Assembly (NCBI GenBank): GCA_045545335.1
Contig: JAZQAS010000130.1
Span: 1 to 60,900, forward strand
Direction: 5' to 3'
Length of the DNA stretch: 60,900 nt
From: Candidatus Avispirillum sp.
Lineage (GTDB): Bacteria; Bacillota; Clostridia; Oscillospirales; CAG-272
A program made the position numbers and the translations under genes. Under the pieces are notes generated by a model. That model saw nothing but the letters and a program-made list of their open reading frames with translations, was not told where the DNA came from and did not search any database. Shown here in pieces: positions 8,778-17,492 of the stretch. Within the stretch, counting starts at the first letter, position 1. Every line of letters begins with the position of its first letter.

Positions 8778-10523
8778 ATGGAAACAAAAATGCTTAACAT
8801 AAAGATCAACGGCAGAGACTATACCGTTCCTTACGGCACCACAGTTCTTGAGGCTTGCAAGCAGGCAGGCATCGAGATCCCCACTCTCTGCTACCTTAAG
8901 GACATTAACGAGATCGGTGCTTGCCGTCTCTGCCTCGTAGAGGTCGTAGGCGCTCGCGGTCTTGTTACTGCCTGCGTATATCCCATCGAGCGTGACGGAA
9001 CTGAGATCCTTACCAACACAGATAAGGTTAAGGCTGCACGTAAGATGAACATCCAGCTCGTTCTCTCCGCTCACGAGAAGAAGTGCCTTTCCTGCGTACG
9101 TTCTCAGACATGTGAGCTTCAGAAGTATGCTCACGACTACGGCGTAGAGGAGAACTATTTCGATTCTAACGACGAGAAGATGGCTATCGACGATTCCAGC
9201 GTATCCATCATCCGCGATCCCAATAAGTGTATCCTTTGCCGTCGTTGCTCCGCAGCTTGTAATAAGCTTCAGGGCATCGGTGCTATCGGCGCTCAGAACC
9301 GTGGCTACGACACAGTTATCGGCTGCGCATTTGAGGACGATCTTGCAACAACATCCTGCGTAAACTGCGGTCAGTGTATCGTTGCTTGTCCCGTTGGCGC
9401 ACTCTATGAGAAGGACGACACTCAGAAGATCGTTGAGGCTCTCAACGATCCCACAAAGCACGTTGCTATCTGCTGCGCACCCTCCGTTCGCGCTCAGATC
9501 GGCGAGTGCTTCGGCTACGAGCCCGGCACAGACTGCGAGGGCAAGATGGTAGCAGCTCTCAAGGCTCTCGGCTTTGACGGCGTATACGATATGAACTTCA
9601 CAGCAGACCTTACCATCATGGAAGAGGCATACGAGCTTCTCGGCCGTATCAAGAACGGCGGCGCTCTCCCCATGATCACATCCTGCTCACCCGGATGGGT
9701 CAAGTACTGCGAGCATTACTTCCCTGAGATGACAGAGAACATTTCCACATGTAAGTCTCCTCAGCAGATGTTCGGTGCTATCTATAAGGCATACTTCGCA
9801 AAGAAGATGGGTATCGATCCTAAGGATATCGTATTCGTATCTGCTATTCCTTGTACAGCTAAGAAGTTCGAGGTTGGCCGCGACGGTCAGCAGAACGACG
9901 GTATGAACAACGTTGATATCGCTGTAACAACAAGAGAGCTCGGCAGACTCATCGAGTCCAGCGGCGTTAACTTCAAGGCTCTTAAGGATGAGAAGTTTGA
10001 CTCTCCCGTAGACATCGGCTCCGGCGCAGGCGTTATCTTCGGCGCAACCGGCGGCGTAATGGAGGCAGCTCTCAGAACTGCTGCAGAGGTAATCCTCGGC
10101 ACAACTCTTGAGAAGGTTGACTTCGAGGACGTTCGTGGCGTTGAGGGCATCAAGTTTGCTGAGTATAAGCTCGGCGAGATGACTGTAAAGGTTGCAGTTG
10201 CATCCGGCACAGCTAACGCATCCAAGCTCCTCAAGGGCATCCAGTCCGGCGAGTATCAGGCAGACTTCATCGAGATCATGGCATGTCCCGGCGGCTGTGT
10301 AAACGGCGGCGGTCAGCCCATCCAGCCTGCAAGCGTTCGTAACTCCATCGACCTTCGCGCAGTTCGTGCAAAGATCCTTTACGATGCAGACGCAGCTCTC
10401 GAGATCCGTAAGTCTCATGATAACCCCATCATCAAGATGGTATACGATGAGTTCCTTGGCGAGCCCAACAGCCACGTTGCACACGAGCTTCTCCATACTC
10501 ATTACGTAAAGCGCGGTCTTTAA
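8778..10523 (+). CDS. hydA: [FeFe] hydrogenase catalytic subunit (HydA, multimeric/bifurcating-type architecture)
   Basis: 581 aa with an N-terminal 2Fe-2S domain and F-clusters (CILCRRCSAAC, CVNCGQCIVACP). The H-cluster motifs are TSCSPGW, IPCTAKKFE and EIMACPGGCVNGGGQP. Confidence 0.92.
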   Translation: METKMLNIKINGRDYTVPYGTTVLEACKQAGIEIPTLCYLKDINEIGACRLCLVEVVGARGLVTACVYPIERDGTEILTNTDKVKAARKMNIQLVLSAHEKKCLSCVRSQTCELQKYAHDYGVEENYFDSNDEKMAIDDSSVSIIRDPNKCILCRRCSAACNKLQGIGAIGAQNRGYDTVIGCAFEDDLATTSCVNCGQCIVACPVGALYEKDDTQKIVEALNDPTKHVAICCAPSVRAQIGECFGYEPGTDCEGKMVAALKALGFDGVYDMNFTADLTIMEEAYELLGRIKNGGALPMITSCSPGWVKYCEHYFPEMTENISTCKSPQQMFGAIYKAYFAKKMGIDPKDIVFVSAIPCTAKKFEVGRDGQQNDGMNNVDIAVTTRELGRLIESSGVNFKALKDEKFDSPVDIGSGAGVIFGATGGVMEAALRTAAEVILGTTLEKVDFEDVRGVEGIKFAEYKLGEMTVKVAVASGTANASKLLKGIQSGEYQADFIEIMACPGGCVNGGGQPIQPASVRNSIDLRAVRAKILYDADAALEIRKSHDNPIIKMVYDEFLGEPNSHVAHELLHTHYVKRGL

Positions 10524-10530
10524 TATTAAA

Positions 10531-10559
10531 GCCCAAGGTGTCATTTTGACACCTTGGGC
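10531..10559 (+). terminator. hydA terminator-type hairpin
   Basis: GCCCAAGGTGTC-atttt-GACACCTTGGGC, 8 nt after the hydA stop. The T-run is weak (CAGTTTTA). Confidence 0.6.
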
Positions 10560-10735
10560 AGTTTTATTCGCCTTCGGCGAGTGATATTGCTTCGCAGTGG
10601 TATTATGCTTCGCATAGTGTTATTGCCTTCGGCAGTTTATAAGGCGAATAAAATAACACTGAAACCGTAAGGTTTCAATAACACTGTTGCTGTAGGCAAT
10701 AATATCACTCCGACGAAGTCGGAATATCACTAAAA
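10560..10735 (+). repeat. Word-hairpin array, ATATCAC dialect (copy 2)
   Basis: It starts CAGTTTTATTCGCC-ttc-GGCGA. The left arm carries GTGATATT/GTGGTATT/GTGTTATT words and the right arm carries AATAACACT/AATATCACT words. The words are separated by hairpins such as GAAACC-gtaa-GGTTTC and CCGAC-gaa-GTCGG. Confidence 0.8.
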
Positions 10736-10775
10736 CTAATTAACTTAGTGCTACGTTATTTTAGAGGTGGTAATA

Positions 10776-11126
10776 ATGGCTGACAGCGTTTTGAGAGATA
10801 AAGCCAAACAATTTGCAAAAGATATTGTATTTGCTTGCCGTGAGATGAAAGCCGAACATAAAGAAGCTGTATTGGTAAATCAATTACTTCGTTCTGCAAC
10901 ATCTATTGCTGCAAATTTGCATGAAGCACAGTATGCACAGGGAACAAAAGACTTTATTTCTAAGCTTGAAATAGCGCAAAAAGAATGTTATGAATCTGAG
11001 TTTTGGTTAGAGCTTCTTTTTGAAACAGATTGTTTGAATGCAGACAAGTACCGAGTGTTACAAAATGATTGTGGTGCTATCAGAAGAATGCTGATATGCT
11101 CTTTAAAAACAATAAAGTCAAAATAA
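10776..11126 (+). CDS. Four-helix-bundle protein (23S rRNA intervening-sequence protein family)
   Basis: The motif LLRSATSIAANLHEAQ..SKLEIAQKECYESEFWLELL is characteristic of this family. The region is AT-rich, and ATG 10776 follows RBS AGAGGTGG. Confidence 0.7.
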   Translation: MADSVLRDKAKQFAKDIVFACREMKAEHKEAVLVNQLLRSATSIAANLHEAQYAQGTKDFISKLEIAQKECYESEFWLELLFETDCLNADKYRVLQNDCGAIRRMLICSLKTIKSK

Positions 11127-11297
11127 AAGCTTTTAATTGCTATAGATTCCATTTGTAAAAAAACGTCACGGATCCTGATTGAATCTGTGACGTTTTTCTG
11201 TGTATATATTATACCACAAATTTGCTAAAAATACAAGACTGGTAGTTTTCCAAATAAGCTGTATAATTATTGTATGATATCAAATTTGGAGGTTATT

Positions 11298-12191
11298 ATG
11301 GTTTTGAATGCTTTAGATGAAGTTCTGTTTTTTTGTGATATTGATTTGCTTAAAAAGTTTATCAGCGACAATATGTTAAAATATTATCCCCATGATAAAG
11401 AAAGCTTTTATAAAGAGAAGGATAAGTTTATGCAGTTGCATATACCTTCTAAAGACGAATATATATGCAGACTTGAGAATTATGTAAAAAACGGTTCTGC
11501 CGTTTGGATATCAGGAAGAAATAGTTTGTGTGATGATATTGATAAATTATCATTAATCAGAGCGATTGATGTTAACTCAAAGTCGGAAAATGGCAGGGAA
11601 AAAGCTCGTAGAGCATCTGCATGGCAGAACACAGATTTTTGGAAATATTATTCGGATAAAGTGCTATATAAAGGGAGTAATTTCGTTTTAGAATTGACAA
11701 TAGGTGCCGGAGGGGGGACCAATGCGGTTATGAAAAATATGGGTGAAACGGATTACTACATTGGTGCTGATATAAGTTTTATATGTGCAAAAAATGCAGA
11801 TGCTATGGCAAAATATTATAATGTTAATGGACTGGGAATTTCGACGTCTCTTTGGAATCTGCCCTTTGACGATTCTGTATTTACATCAATTTGTTGTAAT
11901 GCAGGATTGGAAGAATGCCGTGAGATACCTACGATACTGTCTGAAGCAGTCAGAGTATTAGAACCCAAAGGCAGAATTGTAATCCGTTGCATAAGTTCCG
12001 AGAAGAATATATGGTATTCGTATTTTGAAAAATATGGATTTACTGTTTCAGAAACAAGAGAATGGTTAAGAAAAATCAGATTGTACTCTGATGTAGACCA
12101 AGTGAAAGAATTATTGAAACTTTTGGGTCTTAATGAGATAGAACAAAAGGATGATGAAAGATTGGGTTCAATTATTGTTTTTGAAAAATAG
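11298..12191 (+). CDS. Class I SAM-dependent methyltransferase with an uncharacterised N-terminal extension
   Basis: Motif I is VLELTIGAGGGTN and the post-I/II region is VLEPKGRIVI. The start was moved to ATG 11298, behind GGAGG. The gene is AT-rich. Confidence 0.7.
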   Translation: MVLNALDEVLFFCDIDLLKKFISDNMLKYYPHDKESFYKEKDKFMQLHIPSKDEYICRLENYVKNGSAVWISGRNSLCDDIDKLSLIRAIDVNSKSENGREKARRASAWQNTDFWKYYSDKVLYKGSNFVLELTIGAGGGTNAVMKNMGETDYYIGADISFICAKNADAMAKYYNVNGLGISTSLWNLPFDDSVFTSICCNAGLEECREIPTILSEAVRVLEPKGRIVIRCISSEKNIWYSYFEKYGFTVSETREWLRKIRLYSDVDQVKELLKLLGLNEIEQKDDERLGSIIVFEK

Positions 12192-12212
12192 ATAGGTGTC
12201 AGTGCAACAAAA

Positions 12213-12246
12213 CAGGCGGTCTTCGGACCGCCTGCTTTGCTTTTGC
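12213..12246 (+). terminator. Rho-independent terminator
   Basis: CAGGCGGTC-ttcg-GACCGCCTG followed by a T-rich tract. Confidence 0.7.
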
Positions 12247-12340
12247 CTTTTATTTTCTTTGTTAGTTTGAAGTTTTTTGCGGAGCTTTTTTACAAAAAAG
12301 CGACATTTATCTCCGGAATTGTATTTTATTTGGGGTATTA

Positions 12341-13384
12341 TTAAATATCATAATCCGTATAGTTATCAAGAAAATAATTGTTGTATTTTTTGATCGCTTC
12401 TTCTTTTAATTCACTGGTGGCATTACTGTTCAGATAGTTTTTGAGAGCCTCTTTAGCCTCAAGGTGCGTATAAGGCATGTCGAATTCATGATAGCTTACG
12501 TTGCCGGTGTAATTTTCCAGATTGCGCATTGCCTGCTTTTTTGCTTCCTCGTAATACGCCATGCCTGCGTAGCTGCTTGTTGTGGTAGCAGCTCTCTTTT
12601 TTTCTTCCTCTTGCCTCTTTCTTTCCTCATTGCGCTTAGCCTCCTCAGGGTCAACGGAGCACCAGAACTCGTAAACGTCTTTTACATAAGAGTAAAGGCT
12701 TTTAGCCCTGCAGGCAAAGGTATTTACGTGATAGAAAGCAAGATACAGATAGTAATATACAAAGCTGAGAATTGCAAACACGAAAAGGGCACCGATAATA
12801 AGAGCGGGAAGATCGGAAAGGTCTGAAAATTCAAAGGTAAGGATAATGCTGTAAACTGTAAATGCTACCATAGAAGCTATGTAGATAACGGTGCAAATAA
12901 CGCCAAGCACCTCTTCGTCAATGCTTATGACCTTTCTCTTCTTTGTAATGACTCCGTGAAGGTAAGCGGCTTTTTCCTTTGCTGTAATTAAGGTGATGGG
13001 TATCTCGGGCATTTTTGCGGTTACATTGAAAATTAATGATATAACAAGAGATACTGCCGCAGGCAAGAGAAAAAGGAAGGCAACGAAAATCAGAACGTTG
13101 AAATACCATGCAAGGCCGTCCTGAAAAAGCAGATCCTTGAAAAAGAGCCATATGTCGGTAACAGGCTTTAGCTTTTCGAAAATGATCGCATCATCCTCGG
13201 TGCTGAAGCTGTGGATACCGCCAAAGGTAAACAGAGCGGAGAATAGAACAAATATTACAGTGCTGAGTGGAAGAACAACGTTGTAAGCGCGGTTCTTTCC
13301 GATATTTAACCGGAGCTTTTTCAAAATAAATTCCGATGCACTATCGAAGCTGTCTTCCGTGATAGGTACTGAATAACGTTTCAT
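12341..13384 (-). CDS. Multi-pass membrane protein with a charged C-terminal tail (unknown function)
   Basis: 347 aa with several hydrophobic segments followed by a KRNEERKRQEEEKKR tract. It lies 33 nt downstream of comFC on the same strand. Confidence 0.6.
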   Translation of the reverse strand: MKRYSVPITEDSFDSASEFILKKLRLNIGKNRAYNVVLPLSTVIFVLFSALFTFGGIHSFSTEDDAIIFEKLKPVTDIWLFFKDLLFQDGLAWYFNVLIFVAFLFLLPAAVSLVISLIFNVTAKMPEIPITLITAKEKAAYLHGVITKKRKVISIDEEVLGVICTVIYIASMVAFTVYSIILTFEFSDLSDLPALIIGALFVFAILSFVYYYLYLAFYHVNTFACRAKSLYSYVKDVYEFWCSVDPEEAKRNEERKRQEEEKKRAATTTSSYAGMAYYEEAKKQAMRNLENYTGNVSYHEFDMPYTHLEAKEALKNYLNSNATSELKEEAIKKYNNYFLDNYTDYDI

Positions 13385-13417
13385 TTTTATATCCTCTGAT
13401 TCTATAAATTAATTCCT

Positions 13418-14248
13418 TTATATGCTGCGAAACCAAGGCCTTTCAGCCATACGGCGCACCTTGCGCTTCTTTCTCTTTGAGCGGGCGATGCAAACGGGAT
13501 AGACTGCCTCAGCTCCCCTGTCAAGAAGAAGCTCCGCTACGGCGTTCACCGTGGCGCCCGTTGTGATAACGTCATCGATGACGAAATATTTGCCCTTAAC
13601 TGAAACGTCCTTTTTCAGAGAGTAAGCCCGTTTCGCATTTCTCTGCCGCTCAAGGGCATTCAGACTTTTTTGCGTCGTGCCCTTTGAGTTGGTCAATATT
13701 TCTTCAACCTTGATGCCCGTGTAGCGGGATATCTCCCTTGCAAGGTCCCGCCCCTGGTCAAAGCCGTAGCGCCTCACTCGCTCTTTGGTCCTCGGCGGAT
13801 AGGTAAGGCTCCATTCCTCGGCCTTTTCTCCCGAAAGGGCAAGAGTTTTGAGTATCTCCCTTGATAGCTCTCTTGCAACAAAACGAACGGCGCTTCGGTC
13901 AGAGTCAGTCTTCGCGGCGTAGATAATACGGCGAACAAGGATGTCCCGAAGCTCCTCAGAGCCAAACTTTGCATAAAAGGCAAGAGCCGTCATATGCCTT
14001 TCTCCCAGTGTTGAGGTGCTTGATAGAGAGAAGGGGCGGCAGGTGCAGCCGCGGGCAGTCTTTTGGCATATGTGGCATCGGGCGTTTCTTGCCTGCCTCC
14101 AGACCTCAAGGCATTCCTCGCAAAGCTCGCTTGAGGAGTACAGGAGCTTTTTGCAGGAAATGCATTTCGGCGGAAAGATAAGGCGCAGGACGTATGAGCC
14201 TGCGCCTATCAATTTGTCAATAAATCCCGTCTTAGTCATTATATTCAC
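13418..14248 (-). CDS. comFC: ComF-family protein (phosphoribosyltransferase-like, ComFC)
   Basis: It has N-terminal CxxC pairs (CISC, CEEC) and the PRTase motif YFVIDDVITTGATV. It overlaps the recD2 stop. Confidence 0.85.
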   Translation of the reverse strand: MNIMTKTGFIDKLIGAGSYVLRLIFPPKCISCKKLLYSSSELCEECLEVWRQARNARCHICQKTARGCTCRPFSLSSTSTLGERHMTALAFYAKFGSEELRDILVRRIIYAAKTDSDRSAVRFVARELSREILKTLALSGEKAEEWSLTYPPRTKERVRRYGFDQGRDLAREISRYTGIKVEEILTNSKGTTQKSLNALERQRNAKRAYSLKKDVSVKGKYFVIDDVITTGATVNAVAELLLDRGAEAVYPVCIARSKRKKRKVRRMAERPWFRSI

Positions 14249-16442
14249 CTATGAACGATGCAAGGCAGGAGTAGCGTGTGGTGTGCATATCGTTTGAAAC
14301 CATGGTTTCAAGTATCTCTCCCTTGCCAACGAGAATGACCATGCGGGATGCGCGTGTAACTGCGGTGTAGAGCAGATTTCTCGTCAGCAGCATGGGGGCG
14401 CAGGAGTAGAGGGGAATTATAACGCAGGGGTATTCGCTGCCCTGACTTTTGTGAACGGTGATGGCGTATGCGTGCTCAAGCTCGTCTAGAGAGGTGAAGT
14501 CGTAGTCGCAAATCCTGCCGTCAAAATCAAGGACCATACTTTCGCCGTGGGGGTCAATGGAGAGAACCGTGCCGATATCTCCGTTGAAAACGCCGTAGCC
14601 CTGATATCCGTCCTTTTCCCATTCAAGGTCGTAGTTGTTCTTCGTCTGCATCACCTTGTCGCCCTCGCGAAAAACGATGCCGTGAGCCTGCTTCTCGGTC
14701 TTTATGCCGTCGAAAGGGTTAAGTGTTGCCTGCAAAAGAGCGTTCAGGCTCTCCGTGCCTGCCTGTCCCTTTCTTGAAGGGGTGATGACCTGAATACCCT
14801 CTCTGAGAGCCTCGCCGTAAGCCTTAGGCAGGCGGCTTGATATAAGCTCTGCAACGGTCCGAGCGATCTCGCTATCGCTTCTGCGCTGCATGAAAAAGAA
14901 GTCGCGGGAGCGGTTGTCAAGAACGGGCATTTTCCCCTCGTTTATAAGGTGCGCGTTTGTGATTATCTTGCTTTCCTCTGCCTGGCGGAATATCTCCGTG
15001 AGGCAGACGGTGCGGAATTTTTCTGAGTCTATAAGATCTGCAAGAACGTTGCCCGCTCCAACGGAGGGAAGCTGATCCCGGTCGCCGATAAAGATGATGC
15101 GCGCTCCCGGCTTGAGAGCGAGGAGCAGGGCTTCAAGGAGCAGAACGTCAAGCATTGAGGATTCGTCAACTATGATAACGTCCTCGTCAAGGTAGCAGGA
15201 GGCGTTTCGCATAAAGCGGGGCTCTCTGTCGTCTGAGTGCTCCATTTCAAGAAGACGGTGGACCGTCTTTGCCTCGCAGCCTGCCGCTTCGCTGACTCGC
15301 TTTGCGGCTCTGCCCGTAGGCGCGCAGAGGGCAACGTCAAGACCGATGGTGTCAAAAATAGAGATAAGTCCTTTGATGACCGTGGTCTTACCCGTGCCGG
15401 GGCCGCCCGTAAGTATCATAACTCCGCCGCCGAGGGCAGAGGCAATGGCCTCTCTTTGGAGAGAAGCGTATTTTATATCGCTTTCAAGCTCAACTCTGCT
15501 GATAAAGCCTGCAATGTCGGGCGCGTCGATGCGGGGGCAGGCAAGGTCGATAAGCTTGAGCTTCTTTCCTATATATTCCTCAGCCTTTATATATCGTGGA
15601 AGGTAGATGTATTTCGAATTGTGGCAAACCCTTGAGCAAAGCTTTCCCGATGAGAGGCCAACGGAAATACCCGAGGCTATCTTGCTTTCCTCAAGAGAGA
15701 GGATAGCCGCCGCATCTCTGATGAGAAGGCTCTCGGGCAGGCAGGTGTGGCCTTGAGAGTGGGCCGCCGTTTCAAGAGTGTAGTTAAGGCCCGCAAGCAC
15801 TCGCGATGCGCTGTCGCGGCTTATGCCGAAGGACTCGGCAACGGTGTCCGCTGTCTTAAAGCCGATTCCCGAGAAGGATTCGCAGAGGCTGTATGGGTCT
15901 TTTCTGATGCGGTCAACTGCGCTGCCGCCCCATTTTTTGTATATCCTCATGCTCTGAGCGCTGCCGAAGAAGTCTGCGCAGAACATCATAACGTTTCTCG
16001 CGCCCGACATTTCAATAAAGCTTGAATTGATATCCGCGGCCTTTCTCGGGGTGATGCCGGGGATCTCCGCCAGCCACTCGTGGTGATTTTCTATAACGTC
16101 AAAGGTGTCCTCGCCGTATTTGTCAACGATCTTTTTGGCAGTTTTCGGGCCGATACCCTTGACCGTGCCGCCCGAAAGATAGCGGAGTATGCCAGCCGCG
16201 CCCGTAGGCATGGTCTTTTCGTATATGTCCACCTTGAATTGCTTTCCGTAGATCTGATGGTTGGTCCACTTGCCCGAGGCGGTAATGGTGTCGCCCTCGC
16301 AAACGTAGGGCATAGTGCCCACAAGGGTAACGGGGAAGCCCCCCTCGTCCTCTATCTCAAGGACGGTGTAGCCCGTCTCCTCGGACTGAAAGATCACGGA
16401 GTCCACCGTTCCGCTGACCGTTTCATTGTTATCTCTGTACAT
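14232..16442 (-). CDS. recD2: RecD2-type SF1B ATP-dependent DNA helicase
   Basis: 736 aa. Motifs are Walker A GGPGTGKTT, IIVDESSML and the C-terminal AITVHKSQGSEYPCVI. Confidence 0.9.
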   Translation of the reverse strand: MYRDNNETVSGTVDSVIFQSEETGYTVLEIEDEGGFPVTLVGTMPYVCEGDTITASGKWTNHQIYGKQFKVDIYEKTMPTGAAGILRYLSGGTVKGIGPKTAKKIVDKYGEDTFDVIENHHEWLAEIPGITPRKAADINSSFIEMSGARNVMMFCADFFGSAQSMRIYKKWGGSAVDRIRKDPYSLCESFSGIGFKTADTVAESFGISRDSASRVLAGLNYTLETAAHSQGHTCLPESLLIRDAAAILSLEESKIASGISVGLSSGKLCSRVCHNSKYIYLPRYIKAEEYIGKKLKLIDLACPRIDAPDIAGFISRVELESDIKYASLQREAIASALGGGVMILTGGPGTGKTTVIKGLISIFDTIGLDVALCAPTGRAAKRVSEAAGCEAKTVHRLLEMEHSDDREPRFMRNASCYLDEDVIIVDESSMLDVLLLEALLLALKPGARIIFIGDRDQLPSVGAGNVLADLIDSEKFRTVCLTEIFRQAEESKIITNAHLINEGKMPVLDNRSRDFFFMQRRSDSEIARTVAELISSRLPKAYGEALREGIQVITPSRKGQAGTESLNALLQATLNPFDGIKTEKQAHGIVFREGDKVMQTKNNYDLEWEKDGYQGYGVFNGDIGTVLSIDPHGESMVLDFDGRICDYDFTSLDELEHAYAITVHKSQGSEYPCVIIPLYSCAPMLLTRNLLYTAVTRASRMVILVGKGEILETMVSNDMHTTRYSCLASFIGEYND

Positions 16443-16468
16443 GGCGAGACTCCTTTCTGAAAGCTTAC

Positions 16469-16624
16469 CTAAACATTATAATCCTTTTTTCTCTCTTTGT
16501 CAATTTTGTGTTTAGCTTTGAGGTATATAAAGATCCTTCGGCCGAGGCGGCAGCATTCCAAGGCCGCGCAGTAAAGCCCGAAAAGGAAGAATATTGATAT
16601 AAATATTTCAATAAAGGTGCCCAC
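16469..16624 (-). CDS. Candidate small membrane protein (51 aa, GTG start)
   Basis: It was found by hand and is below the ORF-track cutoff. GAAAGGAG lies 7 nt before GTG, and the product is VGTFIEIFISIFFLFGLYCAALECCRLGRRIFIYLKAKHKIDKERKKDYNV. It ends 26 nt before recD2. Confidence 0.3.
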   Translation of the reverse strand: MGTFIEIFISIFFLFGLYCAALECCRLGRRIFIYLKAKHKIDKERKKDYNV

Positions 16625-16717
16625 TTGAACGTCTCCTTTCTGTAATACAGTATATGCAAGGAGGGCGCAAGGTGCAAAATAGAATATCTCACGGAGAGAG
16701 ATGAACGCAAAGGCAAT

Positions 16718-16743
16718 GTAGGGGTCGACGTCCTCGACGACCC
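16718..16743 (+). repeat. Solo REP-like palindrome with a GTAGGGG head
   Basis: GTAGGGGTCGACGTCCTCGACGACCC. It shares the GTAGGGG head and GC-rich imperfect palindrome with the sites at 51123, 51353, 52060 and 52207. Confidence 0.5.
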
Positions 16744-16808
16744 GTGGCGGACGTAACGCCTCGTTCTGTAATGTATTTTATATTTGCTTAATCAAATTCA
16801 AATAATTA

Positions 16809-16837
16809 TTGCAATTCAAAATCCAATATGATATACT
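16809..16837 (+). promoter_or_regulatory. Sigma-A-type promoter
   Basis: TTGCAA, 17-nt spacer, extended -10 TGaTATACT. Confidence 0.5.
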
Positions 16838-16843
16838 GAATTT

Positions 16844-17005
16844 GCGACATAAGTGAATATATGTATAAAACCAAATGTAAGTGTGTATTTTTATTTAGGT
16901 AAAAATACATGCTCTTATTTGCATACTTATATTTGGTTTGCAATCACTTGTGTCGCAGCAGTGCGAGCTATGTATTTTTCGTGCGTAGCTTCGGCTGCGC
17001 ACTTT
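16844..17005 (+). promoter_or_regulatory. Structured 5' leader or small-RNA candidate (long hairpin plus intrinsic terminator)
   Basis: An imperfect ~115-nt hairpin (GCGACATAAGTGA..TCACTTGTGTCGC; AAACCAAAT/ATTTGGTTT) begins at the predicted TSS. It is followed by GTGCGTAGC-ttcg-GCTGCGCAC-TTTTT, 20 nt before the RBS of the next ORF. Confidence 0.4.
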
Positions 17006-17027
17006 TTAAATTAGAGAGGATATATGT

Positions 17028-17492
17028 ATGGCCGTTGTAATTTTAAAAGCTGCTTTGGAGGCTTTAAAGGGAATAACTGAGCTTTCCAAAAAAGTCATTG
17101 ACGAAGGTGATCCAGAAAAATATGCAAAGAGCGTATCAGAACTAAACCAAGGTGTAAGCTCATCTTATGAAGCAATGCGTAACATAATCATAAACAGTAA
17201 AAGTTTCAGTGACGAAGAAAAGGTTAAAAGGCTTGCTGAACTTGCAGAGCAGGAAGAAGCATCTAAGCAAAAATGCAGTGAAGCCATTAGAGGCAATCGC
17301 GAAAACGTAGCAAAAATTGCAATGGAAGTTTTCAAAGGCTTTCTCACCTGCGGTATTTCATTTGCTCCGGCCATAGTAAGAAGCTTTAAAAAAGCACTCG
17401 CAGAGAACGGCGATGAAGAATCTGTAATAGAGCTTGAAGAAATCGAAGCTAGATCAGCAGAATCTTTTTCTGATACAGAAGAAACAAACTAA
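17028..17492 (+). CDS. Hypothetical helical/acidic protein
   Basis: 154 aa with an RBS AGAGAGGA. The gene is AT-rich and I recognise no family. Confidence 0.55.
   Translation: MAVVILKAALEALKGITELSKKVIDEGDPEKYAKSVSELNQGVSSSYEAMRNIIINSKSFSDEEKVKRLAELAEQEEASKQKCSEAIRGNRENVAKIAMEVFKGFLTCGISFAPAIVRSFKKALAENGDEESVIELEEIEARSAESFSDTEETN

Noticed and set aside
16465-16716. An 83-aa ORF lies upstream of recD2.
   Set aside because: It has no RBS, an odd composition and no recognisable family. A better-supported 51-aa ORF occupies the gap in another frame, and even that is low confidence.
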